DNA of 64,000 nucleotides from an uncultured Chloroflexia bacterium (lineage in GTDB: Bacteria > Chloroflexota > Anaerolineae > Anaerolineales > UBA4823): positions 2,099,840 through 2,163,839 of the forward strand of contig CAWBUW010000012.1 of assembly GCA_963792075.1 (NCBI GenBank). Reading direction: 5' to 3'. Position 1 is the stretch's first letter. The number at the start of each line of letters is the position of its first letter. The notes beneath the pieces are model-generated. The model was not told the DNA's origin. It searched no databases and was given only the letters and a program-made list of their open reading frames with translations. This document shows, in pieces, positions 9,364 through 17,059 of this stretch. The position numbers were made by a program, and so were the translations under genes.

Positions 9364-10343
9364 TGCGCGTTTTGGTGACGGGCGCCTCGGGCTTGCTGGG
9401 GTTGAACCTGGCCTATGAGATCTCAGGAGCGCTGGACAGCCAGCCCCAGACGGTTACATATACCAGGCATGTTGTGACTGGCACGATGAACGAACATCCC
9501 TTGCGTACGGATGTGTTCGTCACCCGGCAAGTGGATTTGTTGGCTCCGGGCGCATTAGAGCGCCTGCTGGAAGATGCCCAGCCTGACTGGGTGATCCATT
9601 GCGCCGCGCTGGCAAACCTGGACGCATGTGAGGCGAGCCCGGAGCTGGCGCGCCAACTCAATACAGAATTGCCCCGGCGTTTGGCGCAGCTTGTTGCCAA
9701 TGGGGGTGCGTGCTTCCTGCACGTCTCTACCGATTCGGTATTCGATGGGCAGCGCGGCGGCTACACAGAACTGGATACGCCCGCACCTCCGGGAGTATAT
9801 TCCCAGACCAAGCTGGATGGGGAATTGGCTGTGTTAGAAGCCAACCCACAGGCCGTCGTAGCGCGGGTGAATTTGTTTGGCTGGAGCCTGGCGGGCAAGC
9901 GTAGTTTAGGCGAATTTTTTGTCAACAACCTGCGCGCCGGCAAACCGGTGATGGGTTTTACGGATGTGATTTTCTGTCCGCTGTTGGCGAATGACCTGGC
10001 TTGGATCTTTTGTGAGATGCTGGAGAAAGGTCTGTGTGGGTTGTACCACACGGTATCCTCTGAATGCCTGAGTAAATACGAGTTCGGGCTGTTGCTGGCG
10101 CGGCGTTTTGGCCTGGATGGCAGCCTGATCCGGCCGACCAGGGTGGCGCAAAGCGGGTTGAAAGCCGCGCGTTCGCCCAACCTCGATCTAAAAACCGATA
10201 AGCTGGCCAGCGCGCTGGGGCATGCGCTCCCCACGGTTGGGCCAGCAATTGAACGCTTTTACCAACTCGAGCAGCAGGGTTACCCACAAATGCTGAGGGC
10301 GTTGGAATGCCCGGCGACTGAAGGAGGATCTCATGGAAATTAA
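9363..10343 (+). CDS. RmlD-like NAD(P)-dependent sugar-nucleotide 4-reductase
   Basis: VLVTGASGLLG Rossmann motif, YSQTKLDGE catalytic YxxxK. TAATG overlap with pseB. Confidence 0.7.
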   Translation: MRVLVTGASGLLGLNLAYEISGALDSQPQTVTYTRHVVTGTMNEHPLRTDVFVTRQVDLLAPGALERLLEDAQPDWVIHCAALANLDACEASPELARQLNTELPRRLAQLVANGGACFLHVSTDSVFDGQRGGYTELDTPAPPGVYSQTKLDGELAVLEANPQAVVARVNLFGWSLAGKRSLGEFFVNNLRAGKPVMGFTDVIFCPLLANDLAWIFCEMLEKGLCGLYHTVSSECLSKYEFGLLLARRFGLDGSLIRPTRVAQSGLKAARSPNLDLKTDKLASALGHALPTVGPAIERFYQLEQQGYPQMLRALECPATEGGSHGN

Positions 10344-11406
10344 GATTGGCCAACGCTTGATTGGCCCCAAGCATCCGACTTATTTCATTGCAGACGTGGC
10401 TGCCAATCACGATGGCGACCTGGAACGCGCCAAACTGCTGATCCGCCTGTGCAAAGAAGCGGGCGCCGACGCGGCCAAGTTCCAGAATTTCCGCGCCCCG
10501 AAGATCGTCTCGGATTACGGCTTCCGCCACCTGGCTGGGGGTGGACAGGTTTCGCACCAGGCGGCCTGGAAGAAATCGGTTTTCCAGGTTTATTCGGAAG
10601 CATCCATTCCCTTCGAATGGACGGAAATCTTGAAGGAAGAATGTGACCGGGTGGGATTGGATTTCTTCTCCGCGCCGTATGACTTCGAAGCAATCGACAT
10701 GCTCGATCCTTATGTAAAGATGTATAAAGCTGGCTCAGGCGAGATCGATTGGATCGAAGCGCTGGAACTTATGGCGAAGAAGAACAAGCCGTTCTTCGTC
10801 GCTACCGGTGCATCGACAATTGGGGAAGTACAGCGGGCAGTGCATGCGATTCTAAAGATCAACCCGCAGTTGGTGCTGATGCAATGTAATACCAATTACA
10901 CTGCCAGCCCGGATAATTACGACCACTTGCACCTGAACGTACTGCGCACCTATGCGACGATGTTCCCGGATGTGATCTTGGGGCTATCGGACCATACCCA
11001 CGCGGTTGCGCCGGTGCTGGGCGCAGTGACTTTAGGAGCGCGCGTCATCGAGCGGCATTTTACCGACAGCAATCGGCGCGAGGGGCCCGATCACAAATTT
11101 GCCATGAACCCGGAAACCTGGGCCAAGATGGTGGAAGAGACCCGCCTGTTAGAACGCGCGCTTGGCTCGGCAGATAAGTTTGTTGCTGAGAATGAGGTGC
11201 AGACCGCGGTGATCCAGAGGCGCTGCCTGAGGGCGGCGCGGGATATCCGGGCGGGCGAGATCTTGACGCGGGAGATGATTGACGTGCTGCGCCCGGCCGC
11301 TCCAGGTGCAATCTTGCCGCATGAGATCCAGGCCGTGGTTGGCACCCGGGCACTGCAAGATATCCCCTTTGGCAAAGAGCTGCGTTGGACGGATATTGGA
11401 GCGTAG
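10333..11406 (+). CDS. NeuB-family nonulosonic/ulosonic acid synthase with C-terminal SAF domain
   Basis: TYFIADVAANHDGDLERAKLLI, DAAKFQNF, LGLSDHT and ERHFT blocks, plus C-terminal SAF-like IRAGEILTREMI. Confidence 0.85.
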   Translation: MEIKIGQRLIGPKHPTYFIADVAANHDGDLERAKLLIRLCKEAGADAAKFQNFRAPKIVSDYGFRHLAGGGQVSHQAAWKKSVFQVYSEASIPFEWTEILKEECDRVGLDFFSAPYDFEAIDMLDPYVKMYKAGSGEIDWIEALELMAKKNKPFFVATGASTIGEVQRAVHAILKINPQLVLMQCNTNYTASPDNYDHLHLNVLRTYATMFPDVILGLSDHTHAVAPVLGAVTLGARVIERHFTDSNRREGPDHKFAMNPETWAKMVEETRLLERALGSADKFVAENEVQTAVIQRRCLRAARDIRAGEILTREMIDVLRPAAPGAILPHEIQAVVGTRALQDIPFGKELRWTDIGA

Positions 11407-11456
11407 AAGAATGTCGATCCAGGCGATCGAGGCTCGGCTGATCGATGAGGAAGACA

Positions 11457-11554
11457 CCCTCACCCTGCCCTCTCCCAAAGGGAGAGGGGGAAGAGGTCTT
11501 ACCCCTCCCCCAACGGGGGAGGGAAGCGTTGGCGTAGCCAACGCAGGGTGAGGG
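11457..11554. repeat. 98-nt nested palindromic element (outer 11-bp stem enclosing three GC-rich hairpins)
   Basis: Outer stem CCCTCACCCTG (11457-11467) pairs with CAGGGTGAGGG (11544-11554). Inner hairpins: CCCTCTCCC-AAA-GGGAGAGGG (11468-11488), CCCTCCCCC-AAC-GGGGGAGGG (11503-11523), GCGTTGGC-GTA-GCCAACGC (11526-11544). Confidence 0.7.
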
Positions 11555-11564
11555 GCTAAGTTAA

Positions 11565-12692
11565 GTGAAAATCCTCTATTTCACCCGCGACTATACCACG
11601 CATGACCACCGTTTTCTGAGCGCCCTGGCGCAGACAGAGCACCAGGTGGCTTATTTACGCTTGGAGCAGCGCGGGCATACGTTGGAGGACCGGGCGCTAC
11701 CGCCGCAGATCGAGCAAATTTCCTGGAAGGGGGGACGGCAGCCGTTCAGTTATGGGAACCTGCTGCCGCTGCTGCTCGACTTGAAACGGGTGATCCGGGA
11801 AGTGCAGCCAGACATGATCCAGGCAGGGCCGGTCCAGACCGCCGCGTTTCTGGTGGCGCTGGCGGGGCACTGCCGGTTGGTGAGCATGTCATGGGGTTAT
11901 GACCTGCTGCATGATGCCCAGCGCAATGCGCTCTGGCGCTGGATGACACGCTTCACGCTGAGCCGCAGCGCAGCGCTGGTAGGAGACTGCGATCCGGTGC
12001 GCCAGCAGGCGATTGCCTTTGGCATGCCAGGCGAGCGGATTGTGACTTTCCCGTGGGGCGTAGATCTCAAGCATTTTACCCCGGCAGGCAAGACAGAAGA
12101 GCCTGGGAAAACCCTGACGGGTGAAGCTGCCGCCCCTCTGTGTTTGCTTTCTACCCGCAGTTGGGAACCGATTTACGGCGTAGAAGTGCTGGCGCGCGGC
12201 TTTGCCCAGGCTGCGCAGCGTTTGGGGCCCGATCAAGTGCAGTTGGTGATGTTGGGGAATGGGCCCCTGGCTGGCACTCTGCGCCAGATTTTCAACCGGG
12301 CAGGGGTGAGTGAGCGGGTGTTCTTTCCTGGACAGGTCAACCAAAGCGAGCTGCCGCGCTATTATCAGCAGGCAGACCTGTACCTGAGCGCCTCGCGCAC
12401 CGATGGAACTTCCATTTCGCTGTTGGAAGCGCTGGCATGTGGAACGCCTGTGTTGCTTTCGGATATTCCCGGCAACCGGGGATGGCTGGAGCCGGGCGTG
12501 CAGGGCTGGTATTTCAAAGATGGCGACGCTGAGTCACTCGCCCAGGCGATTGTGCATGCGGCTGATCAGCGCCAGCGGCTGTTTGAAATGGGCAGCGCCG
12601 CGCGGGCGCTGGCTGAGGCGCGCGCTGATTGGGTAAAGAATTTTCCAAAACTATTGGAGGCCTATGCAATTGCAACCACCCCCGTCCCTTAA
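11565..12692 (+). CDS. GT4-family glycosyltransferase
   Basis: C-terminal GTSISLLEALACGTPVLLSD (EX7E-type) motif. GTG start. Confidence 0.8.
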   Translation: MKILYFTRDYTTHDHRFLSALAQTEHQVAYLRLEQRGHTLEDRALPPQIEQISWKGGRQPFSYGNLLPLLLDLKRVIREVQPDMIQAGPVQTAAFLVALAGHCRLVSMSWGYDLLHDAQRNALWRWMTRFTLSRSAALVGDCDPVRQQAIAFGMPGERIVTFPWGVDLKHFTPAGKTEEPGKTLTGEAAAPLCLLSTRSWEPIYGVEVLARGFAQAAQRLGPDQVQLVMLGNGPLAGTLRQIFNRAGVSERVFFPGQVNQSELPRYYQQADLYLSASRTDGTSISLLEALACGTPVLLSDIPGNRGWLEPGVQGWYFKDGDAESLAQAIVHAADQRQRLFEMGSAARALAEARADWVKNFPKLLEAYAIATTPVP

Positions 12693-14193
12693 ACCGAATC
12701 CTTTGGTCGCCAGGATCACTGCTCTTGTAAATTGGGGAGCCAGGACTGCGGAGTTCTACCTGCGGGCCTTGTTCTATCCCGACGTAGAAGCTCAGCAGCG
12801 TTGGTTCGCCTGGGGCGTATTAATTGCGTGCTATTTAGCCGGGCTGTATTTTTGGGGCACTTTTTTGAACTGGGGCCGGTTCAATTATAACTATGAGGAT
12901 TGGGCAGCCATCAACCTGCCGCGCATTGCATTTGTGAAAGACGCGGTGAGCAAAGGTCAGTTGCCGTTGCATATGTCAGAAACGGCTCATCTACATAACC
13001 TGACAGACCGCTATCTTGCCATGCATGATGTGATCCTCTCACCCCAAATGGTCGTGCTGCCCTTTATTCACGTGTTGACCTATGTCGTCATCAATACGTT
13101 GGGATTTTATTCTTTGGGGTTCCTGGGCCTTCTCTGGCTGCGGCGCAGGTTTTCGTTATCCTTGTCCGCTTTTATCATCTTATTCGTTCTGACCAATCTG
13201 AACGGTCACCTCATTGCTCACATTGCAGTGGGGCATGTTTACTGGTGGGTAAACTTCCTGTTCCCCCTCTTCGCGGCCCTTGTATTTCAGGCTTTAGATG
13301 GCGGGCAAGGTTGGAAGTGGACTGCCAGCGTGGCATTCTTGCTGTTCTTTATTTATCTCAATGGTGGTTTTCACCAATTTGTCTGGCTGTTGATTTTTCT
13401 GATCCTCCTCGGAGCTGCTTCGCGCCGGCTGCTGGGGCTGATGTTCCAAACGGTGATTGCTACGGTCTGCCTGAGCCTGTTCCGCATTCTGCCACCTATC
13501 TTACTCCTGGGGTCTTTTGATAAGGCGATGTTAGGGGGCTACCCATCCCTGTTGAAGGTTTTGGAAAGCCTGACTGTCCTCAAAGTCCCTGGTCAAGATC
13601 CTGTGAGCATCGTCGCGGACGTCGGCCAATTGGTAGGGTGGTGGGAGTTTGACCTCTATATCGGCGTCTTGGGCGCAGCATTCATCCTTCTGGCAGGCAT
13701 TCTCGGTTGGCTGCGCGGATCCAGTCGCCATCCTGGCTTTCATGAATTAAGCCTTCCGATCGTTTTTACTTTTGTGCTGGCAATCGGGAATTTGCACCGA
13801 TTGGTAAATTGGGTGCCCCTGTTTGCGGGTGAACGGGTTACTTCACGGATCATTTACGCTCCTTTTATCTTCCTGGCAGTCCTGGCAGTGATCCGTTATC
13901 AAGACTGGCTGCAAGACCATAAACAGCCTGCGGCTGTACTGGCCGCACAAGGTGTACTCATCCTGGTAGGAGTGAAAGATATGTGGCATCAAGGCAGCTT
14001 GTGGAACGTGGGCCAGGCCTTGAAGGCGTTTCCGATCACTCCGGTGAACTTAAGTATAAAAGTCGTAATGAACCACCCCGACCCGGCTTATTTTTGGATG
14101 GTCGGCATTGGTGCGGCTCTCTCGTTATTGACGGCTGTATTCCTGATCTGGAAGGCAATCCGTCCGAAAGGTGATGAACGTGTTACCCGGTGA
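12664..14193 (+). CDS. Polytopic membrane protein (10 or more hydrophobic segments), possible GT-C-fold glycosyltransferase, ligase or polymerase
   Basis: 509-aa ORF dominated by hydrophobic helices. Lower GC than its neighbours. No recognisable soluble domain. Confidence 0.45.
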   Translation: MQLQPPPSLKPNPLVARITALVNWGARTAEFYLRALFYPDVEAQQRWFAWGVLIACYLAGLYFWGTFLNWGRFNYNYEDWAAINLPRIAFVKDAVSKGQLPLHMSETAHLHNLTDRYLAMHDVILSPQMVVLPFIHVLTYVVINTLGFYSLGFLGLLWLRRRFSLSLSAFIILFVLTNLNGHLIAHIAVGHVYWWVNFLFPLFAALVFQALDGGQGWKWTASVAFLLFFIYLNGGFHQFVWLLIFLILLGAASRRLLGLMFQTVIATVCLSLFRILPPILLLGSFDKAMLGGYPSLLKVLESLTVLKVPGQDPVSIVADVGQLVGWWEFDLYIGVLGAAFILLAGILGWLRGSSRHPGFHELSLPIVFTFVLAIGNLHRLVNWVPLFAGERVTSRIIYAPFIFLAVLAVIRYQDWLQDHKQPAAVLAAQGVLILVGVKDMWHQGSLWNVGQALKAFPITPVNLSIKVVMNHPDPAYFWMVGIGAALSLLTAVFLIWKAIRPKGDERVTR

Positions 14194-15037
14194 AAAAACA
14201 ACCAGGGTGGTTGCAATCGTACAGGCACGCATGTCTTCTTCCCGGCTGCCTGGGAAGGTGATGCGCGAAATCCTGGACCAGCCCATGCTGGTGCAGGTCA
14301 TGGAGCGCTTGAGCCGGGCGGAATCATTGCACCAGGTGATTGTGGCGACAACAACGGAAGCCGCGGATGACCCCGTCGCTGCGTTGTGCCAGAAGCAAGG
14401 CTACGCGTATTTCCGCGGCAGCTTGCAAGATGTTTTGGATCGTTTTTACCAGGCAGCCCTGGCTTACCACGCAGACGTCGTCGTGCGGGTAACCGCGGAC
14501 TGCCCGTTGATTGATCCCGCTGTCGTGGACCTGACGGTGCGGGCCTTTCTGGGGCAGGTAAAACCGCCTGCTCAACGGACCAGTTTGGGCGCTATTCCTC
14601 CGTATGATTTTGCCTCTAACCGTTTACCTCCACCGTGGAAGCGTACCTTCCCGATCGGGCTGGATACAGAGGTGGTCAGCTTTGCCGCCCTGGAAAGAGC
14701 CTGGAAAGAAGCAGCTCAGCAGCACCAACGCGAGCATGTGCTGCCGTACCTGTACGATGATATTGGGGTGGACTTTGACCAGCCTTCACGGTTCCGGGTG
14801 CTGGTGGTGGATTGGACGCAGGATTATAGCAGCCTGCGTTGGACCGTGGACACACCCCAAGACCTGGATCTGGTACAGCGCATCTTCTCTGCCTTTGGGC
14901 ACAATCGATTTGGCTGGCAGGATGTGCTGGCTCTGTTCGAGCGCCAGCCTGAGCTGGCGCAGATCAATGCGGCGATAGAGCATAAGACCGCGTTCGATGT
15001 CGACCAGCGGTCCATCCGTCCGGAGAAGAAATCGTGA
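14174..15037 (+). CDS. SpsF/PseF-like cytidylyltransferase (CMP-ulosonic acid synthetase family)
   Basis: VAIVQARMSSSRLPGKVM N-terminal motif, VTADCPLIDP block. Confidence 0.75.
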   Translation: MNVLPGEKTTRVVAIVQARMSSSRLPGKVMREILDQPMLVQVMERLSRAESLHQVIVATTTEAADDPVAALCQKQGYAYFRGSLQDVLDRFYQAALAYHADVVVRVTADCPLIDPAVVDLTVRAFLGQVKPPAQRTSLGAIPPYDFASNRLPPPWKRTFPIGLDTEVVSFAALERAWKEAAQQHQREHVLPYLYDDIGVDFDQPSRFRVLVVDWTQDYSSLRWTVDTPQDLDLVQRIFSAFGHNRFGWQDVLALFERQPELAQINAAIEHKTAFDVDQRSIRPEKKS

Positions 15038-16005
15038 ACCGGATTTTGACCCTCTTCACTGCTCCCAAGCCCTTTACGAACCCACACATCGCCGCGATCC
15101 AGCGCAATGCGCTGCGCTGCTGGATGAATCTGGGAGCGGAGGTGCAGGTCATCGTGATCGGAGAGGAAGCAGGGCTTGCAGAGGCCGCCGCGGAATTGGG
15201 TGTACAGCATGTGCCGCAGGTACGGCGCAACGCGCAGGGCACGCCCCTGGTCAGCGATATTTTTGAGCAAGCGCGGCGTCATTCCGACAGCCCGCTCCTG
15301 GCTTATGTCAATGCAGATATGCTGCTGCTGCACGACTTCGTGACTGCGGCTCGCACCCTGAGCGAGTCCGCCGAGAAATTTTTGATAGTCGGGCAGCGTT
15401 GGGACTTGGACATGAGTTTGTCAGATGGATGCACCCGGCAGTTGGCGTTTGAGACTGATTGGGACCCCGATCTGCGGGCGGAAGTGCAGCAGCGCGGGCG
15501 TCTCCACCCGCCGGGAGGAAGCGATTATTTTATCTTTCCCAGGGCCTGCTTCACCGAAATGCCTGCCTTTGCAATTGGCCGGGCGGGCTGGGATAACTGG
15601 ATGTTTTTCTACGCGCGGCAGCAGGGCTGGCCTGTTGTCGATGCAACCTCCGCGCTGATGGTGATCCACCAGGACCATGATTACAGCCACCTTCCGGGTG
15701 GACAGCCGCATTACCGGATGCCGGAAACAACCGAGAATGTGCGCCTGGCGGGCGGACGGAGGACGATCTTCACGCTGCACGACGCCGATTTTAAGTTGGA
15801 ACAGAGCCGGTTACAGCCGGCCCCTGTGCGCGGGGCCAGGCGGATGCGAGAATGGGAGACTTGGCCGCTGCGCAAGTTGCGCGGCCGCCCGGCTTTTGTG
15901 TTGGGCGAGGTGACTTTTGCACTGTTCCATCCGGGCAAAGCCTGGGGTGAGCTGCGCGGCCGGGCGCAATATTGGCTGAAGCAGCGTGGCCTGGGGAAAA
16001 AGTGA
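15034..16005 (+). CDS. Hypothetical protein, possibly GT-A-like
   Basis: Clean 323-aa ORF with GTGA coupling to the upstream gene. YVNADMLL and GGSDYFIF blocks are reminiscent of DxD-type transferases. No firm family call. Confidence 0.35.
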   Translation: MNRILTLFTAPKPFTNPHIAAIQRNALRCWMNLGAEVQVIVIGEEAGLAEAAAELGVQHVPQVRRNAQGTPLVSDIFEQARRHSDSPLLAYVNADMLLLHDFVTAARTLSESAEKFLIVGQRWDLDMSLSDGCTRQLAFETDWDPDLRAEVQQRGRLHPPGGSDYFIFPRACFTEMPAFAIGRAGWDNWMFFYARQQGWPVVDATSALMVIHQDHDYSHLPGGQPHYRMPETTENVRLAGGRRTIFTLHDADFKLEQSRLQPAPVRGARRMREWETWPLRKLRGRPAFVLGEVTFALFHPGKAWGELRGRAQYWLKQRGLGKK

Positions 16006-16033
16006 GGTAGCTAGAAAATGGTAAAGGGAACCT

Positions 16034-16993
16034 ATGCGTAAAGGGCAAAATCCGGCGAAGTTCGTGACGCACGTGGCGCAGCCGCAGCGGATCACGGTAG
16101 CGGTCTTGAACTACATCCCGTTCTTGAGCGGTTTCTATGCTCAGACATTGGATGTATTGAAGACCTGCCTGGGAACGATCTGGGAAAACAGTGATCTGCC
16201 GTATGACCTGCTGGTATTCGATAATGGCTCGTGCCAGGAAGTGATTGATTACCTCACGGACGCTCAAGATGAGGGGAAGATCCAGTATTTGATGCTCTCC
16301 GAGAAGAATATGGGTAAGGGGGGGGCCTGGAACATGATGCTCAAAGCGGCACCAGGGGAGATTATCGCTTATACCGATAACGACGCCTATTTTTATCCTG
16401 GGTGGTTGTCCAAATCTGTGCAGATCCTGGAACATTTCCCCCGCGTGGGGATGGTGACCAGCCGGCCTTTCCGTACCAACCCGGAATATTATTCCAATAC
16501 CCTGCGCTGGGCCGGACAGACCGCGCAGGTACACCTGGAGCGCGGCCAGTTCATTCCCTGGGAGGAGTTCAAGGCATTTGATATGAGCCTGGGCACACCT
16601 GAAGAAGAAGTACGCCAGCGGTACGAAGTGACGGAAGATGTACGCATCACGTATGCGGGGTTGACTGCGCAAGCTGGCGCCAGCCACTGGCAGTTCGTGT
16701 GTTATAAATCGGTAATGGATGCGTTCCTGCCCTTCAACATGGAACGGCCCATGGGGCAGGTGAAACAGCTTGACCAGCGTATGAATGAGGCAGGCTACCT
16801 GCGCTTGATGCCGGTAGAGTTCCTGGCGCAGAATATGAGCAACCGCCTGGATTGGATCCATTCGCCGGGAGAAGCTGCCGGTGCGGCTGGCGCAAACAAA
16901 CCGGGGTTGTGGAAGCGGGCGATCCAGCAGCCGCTGCTCAAGCGGGTGCTGCTGGGCGTGTACGACCGCATCTTTCGTTGGTATTACGAATAA
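16034..16993 (+). CDS. GT2-family glycosyltransferase
   Basis: ITVAVLNY..LLVFDNGS..AYTDNDAYF (DxD) blocks. Confidence 0.75.
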   Translation: MRKGQNPAKFVTHVAQPQRITVAVLNYIPFLSGFYAQTLDVLKTCLGTIWENSDLPYDLLVFDNGSCQEVIDYLTDAQDEGKIQYLMLSEKNMGKGGAWNMMLKAAPGEIIAYTDNDAYFYPGWLSKSVQILEHFPRVGMVTSRPFRTNPEYYSNTLRWAGQTAQVHLERGQFIPWEEFKAFDMSLGTPEEEVRQRYEVTEDVRITYAGLTAQAGASHWQFVCYKSVMDAFLPFNMERPMGQVKQLDQRMNEAGYLRLMPVEFLAQNMSNRLDWIHSPGEAAGAAGANKPGLWKRAIQQPLLKRVLLGVYDRIFRWYYE

Positions 16994-16998
16994 AAAAC

Positions 16999-17041
16999 AT
17001 GCAGGTATCAGGCGCTGCATTGCAGCGCCTGATACCTGCAT
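16999..17041. repeat. 43-nt perfect palindrome (21-bp arms) immediately after a stop codon
   Basis: ATGCAGGTATCAGGCGCTGCA-T-TGCAGCGCCTGATACCTGCAT. No T-tract. Next ATG at 17060. Confidence 0.7.
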
Positions 17042-17059
17042 AACAAGTATAGAGGCATA

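Noticed and set aside
11411-11551. Small ORF MSIQAIEARLIDEEDTLTLPSPKGRGGRGLTPPPTGEGSVGVANAG, and its antisense counterpart
   Set aside because: It is a translation of the nested palindromic element. The peptide composition mirrors the GC-rich stems on both strands.
11457-11554. tRNA or tmRNA-like gene, suggested by the cloverleaf-like four-way junction
   Set aside because: All three inner loops are only 3 nt. There is no 7-nt anticodon loop, no T-loop GTTCRANYC, no D-loop features and no discriminator/CCA context.
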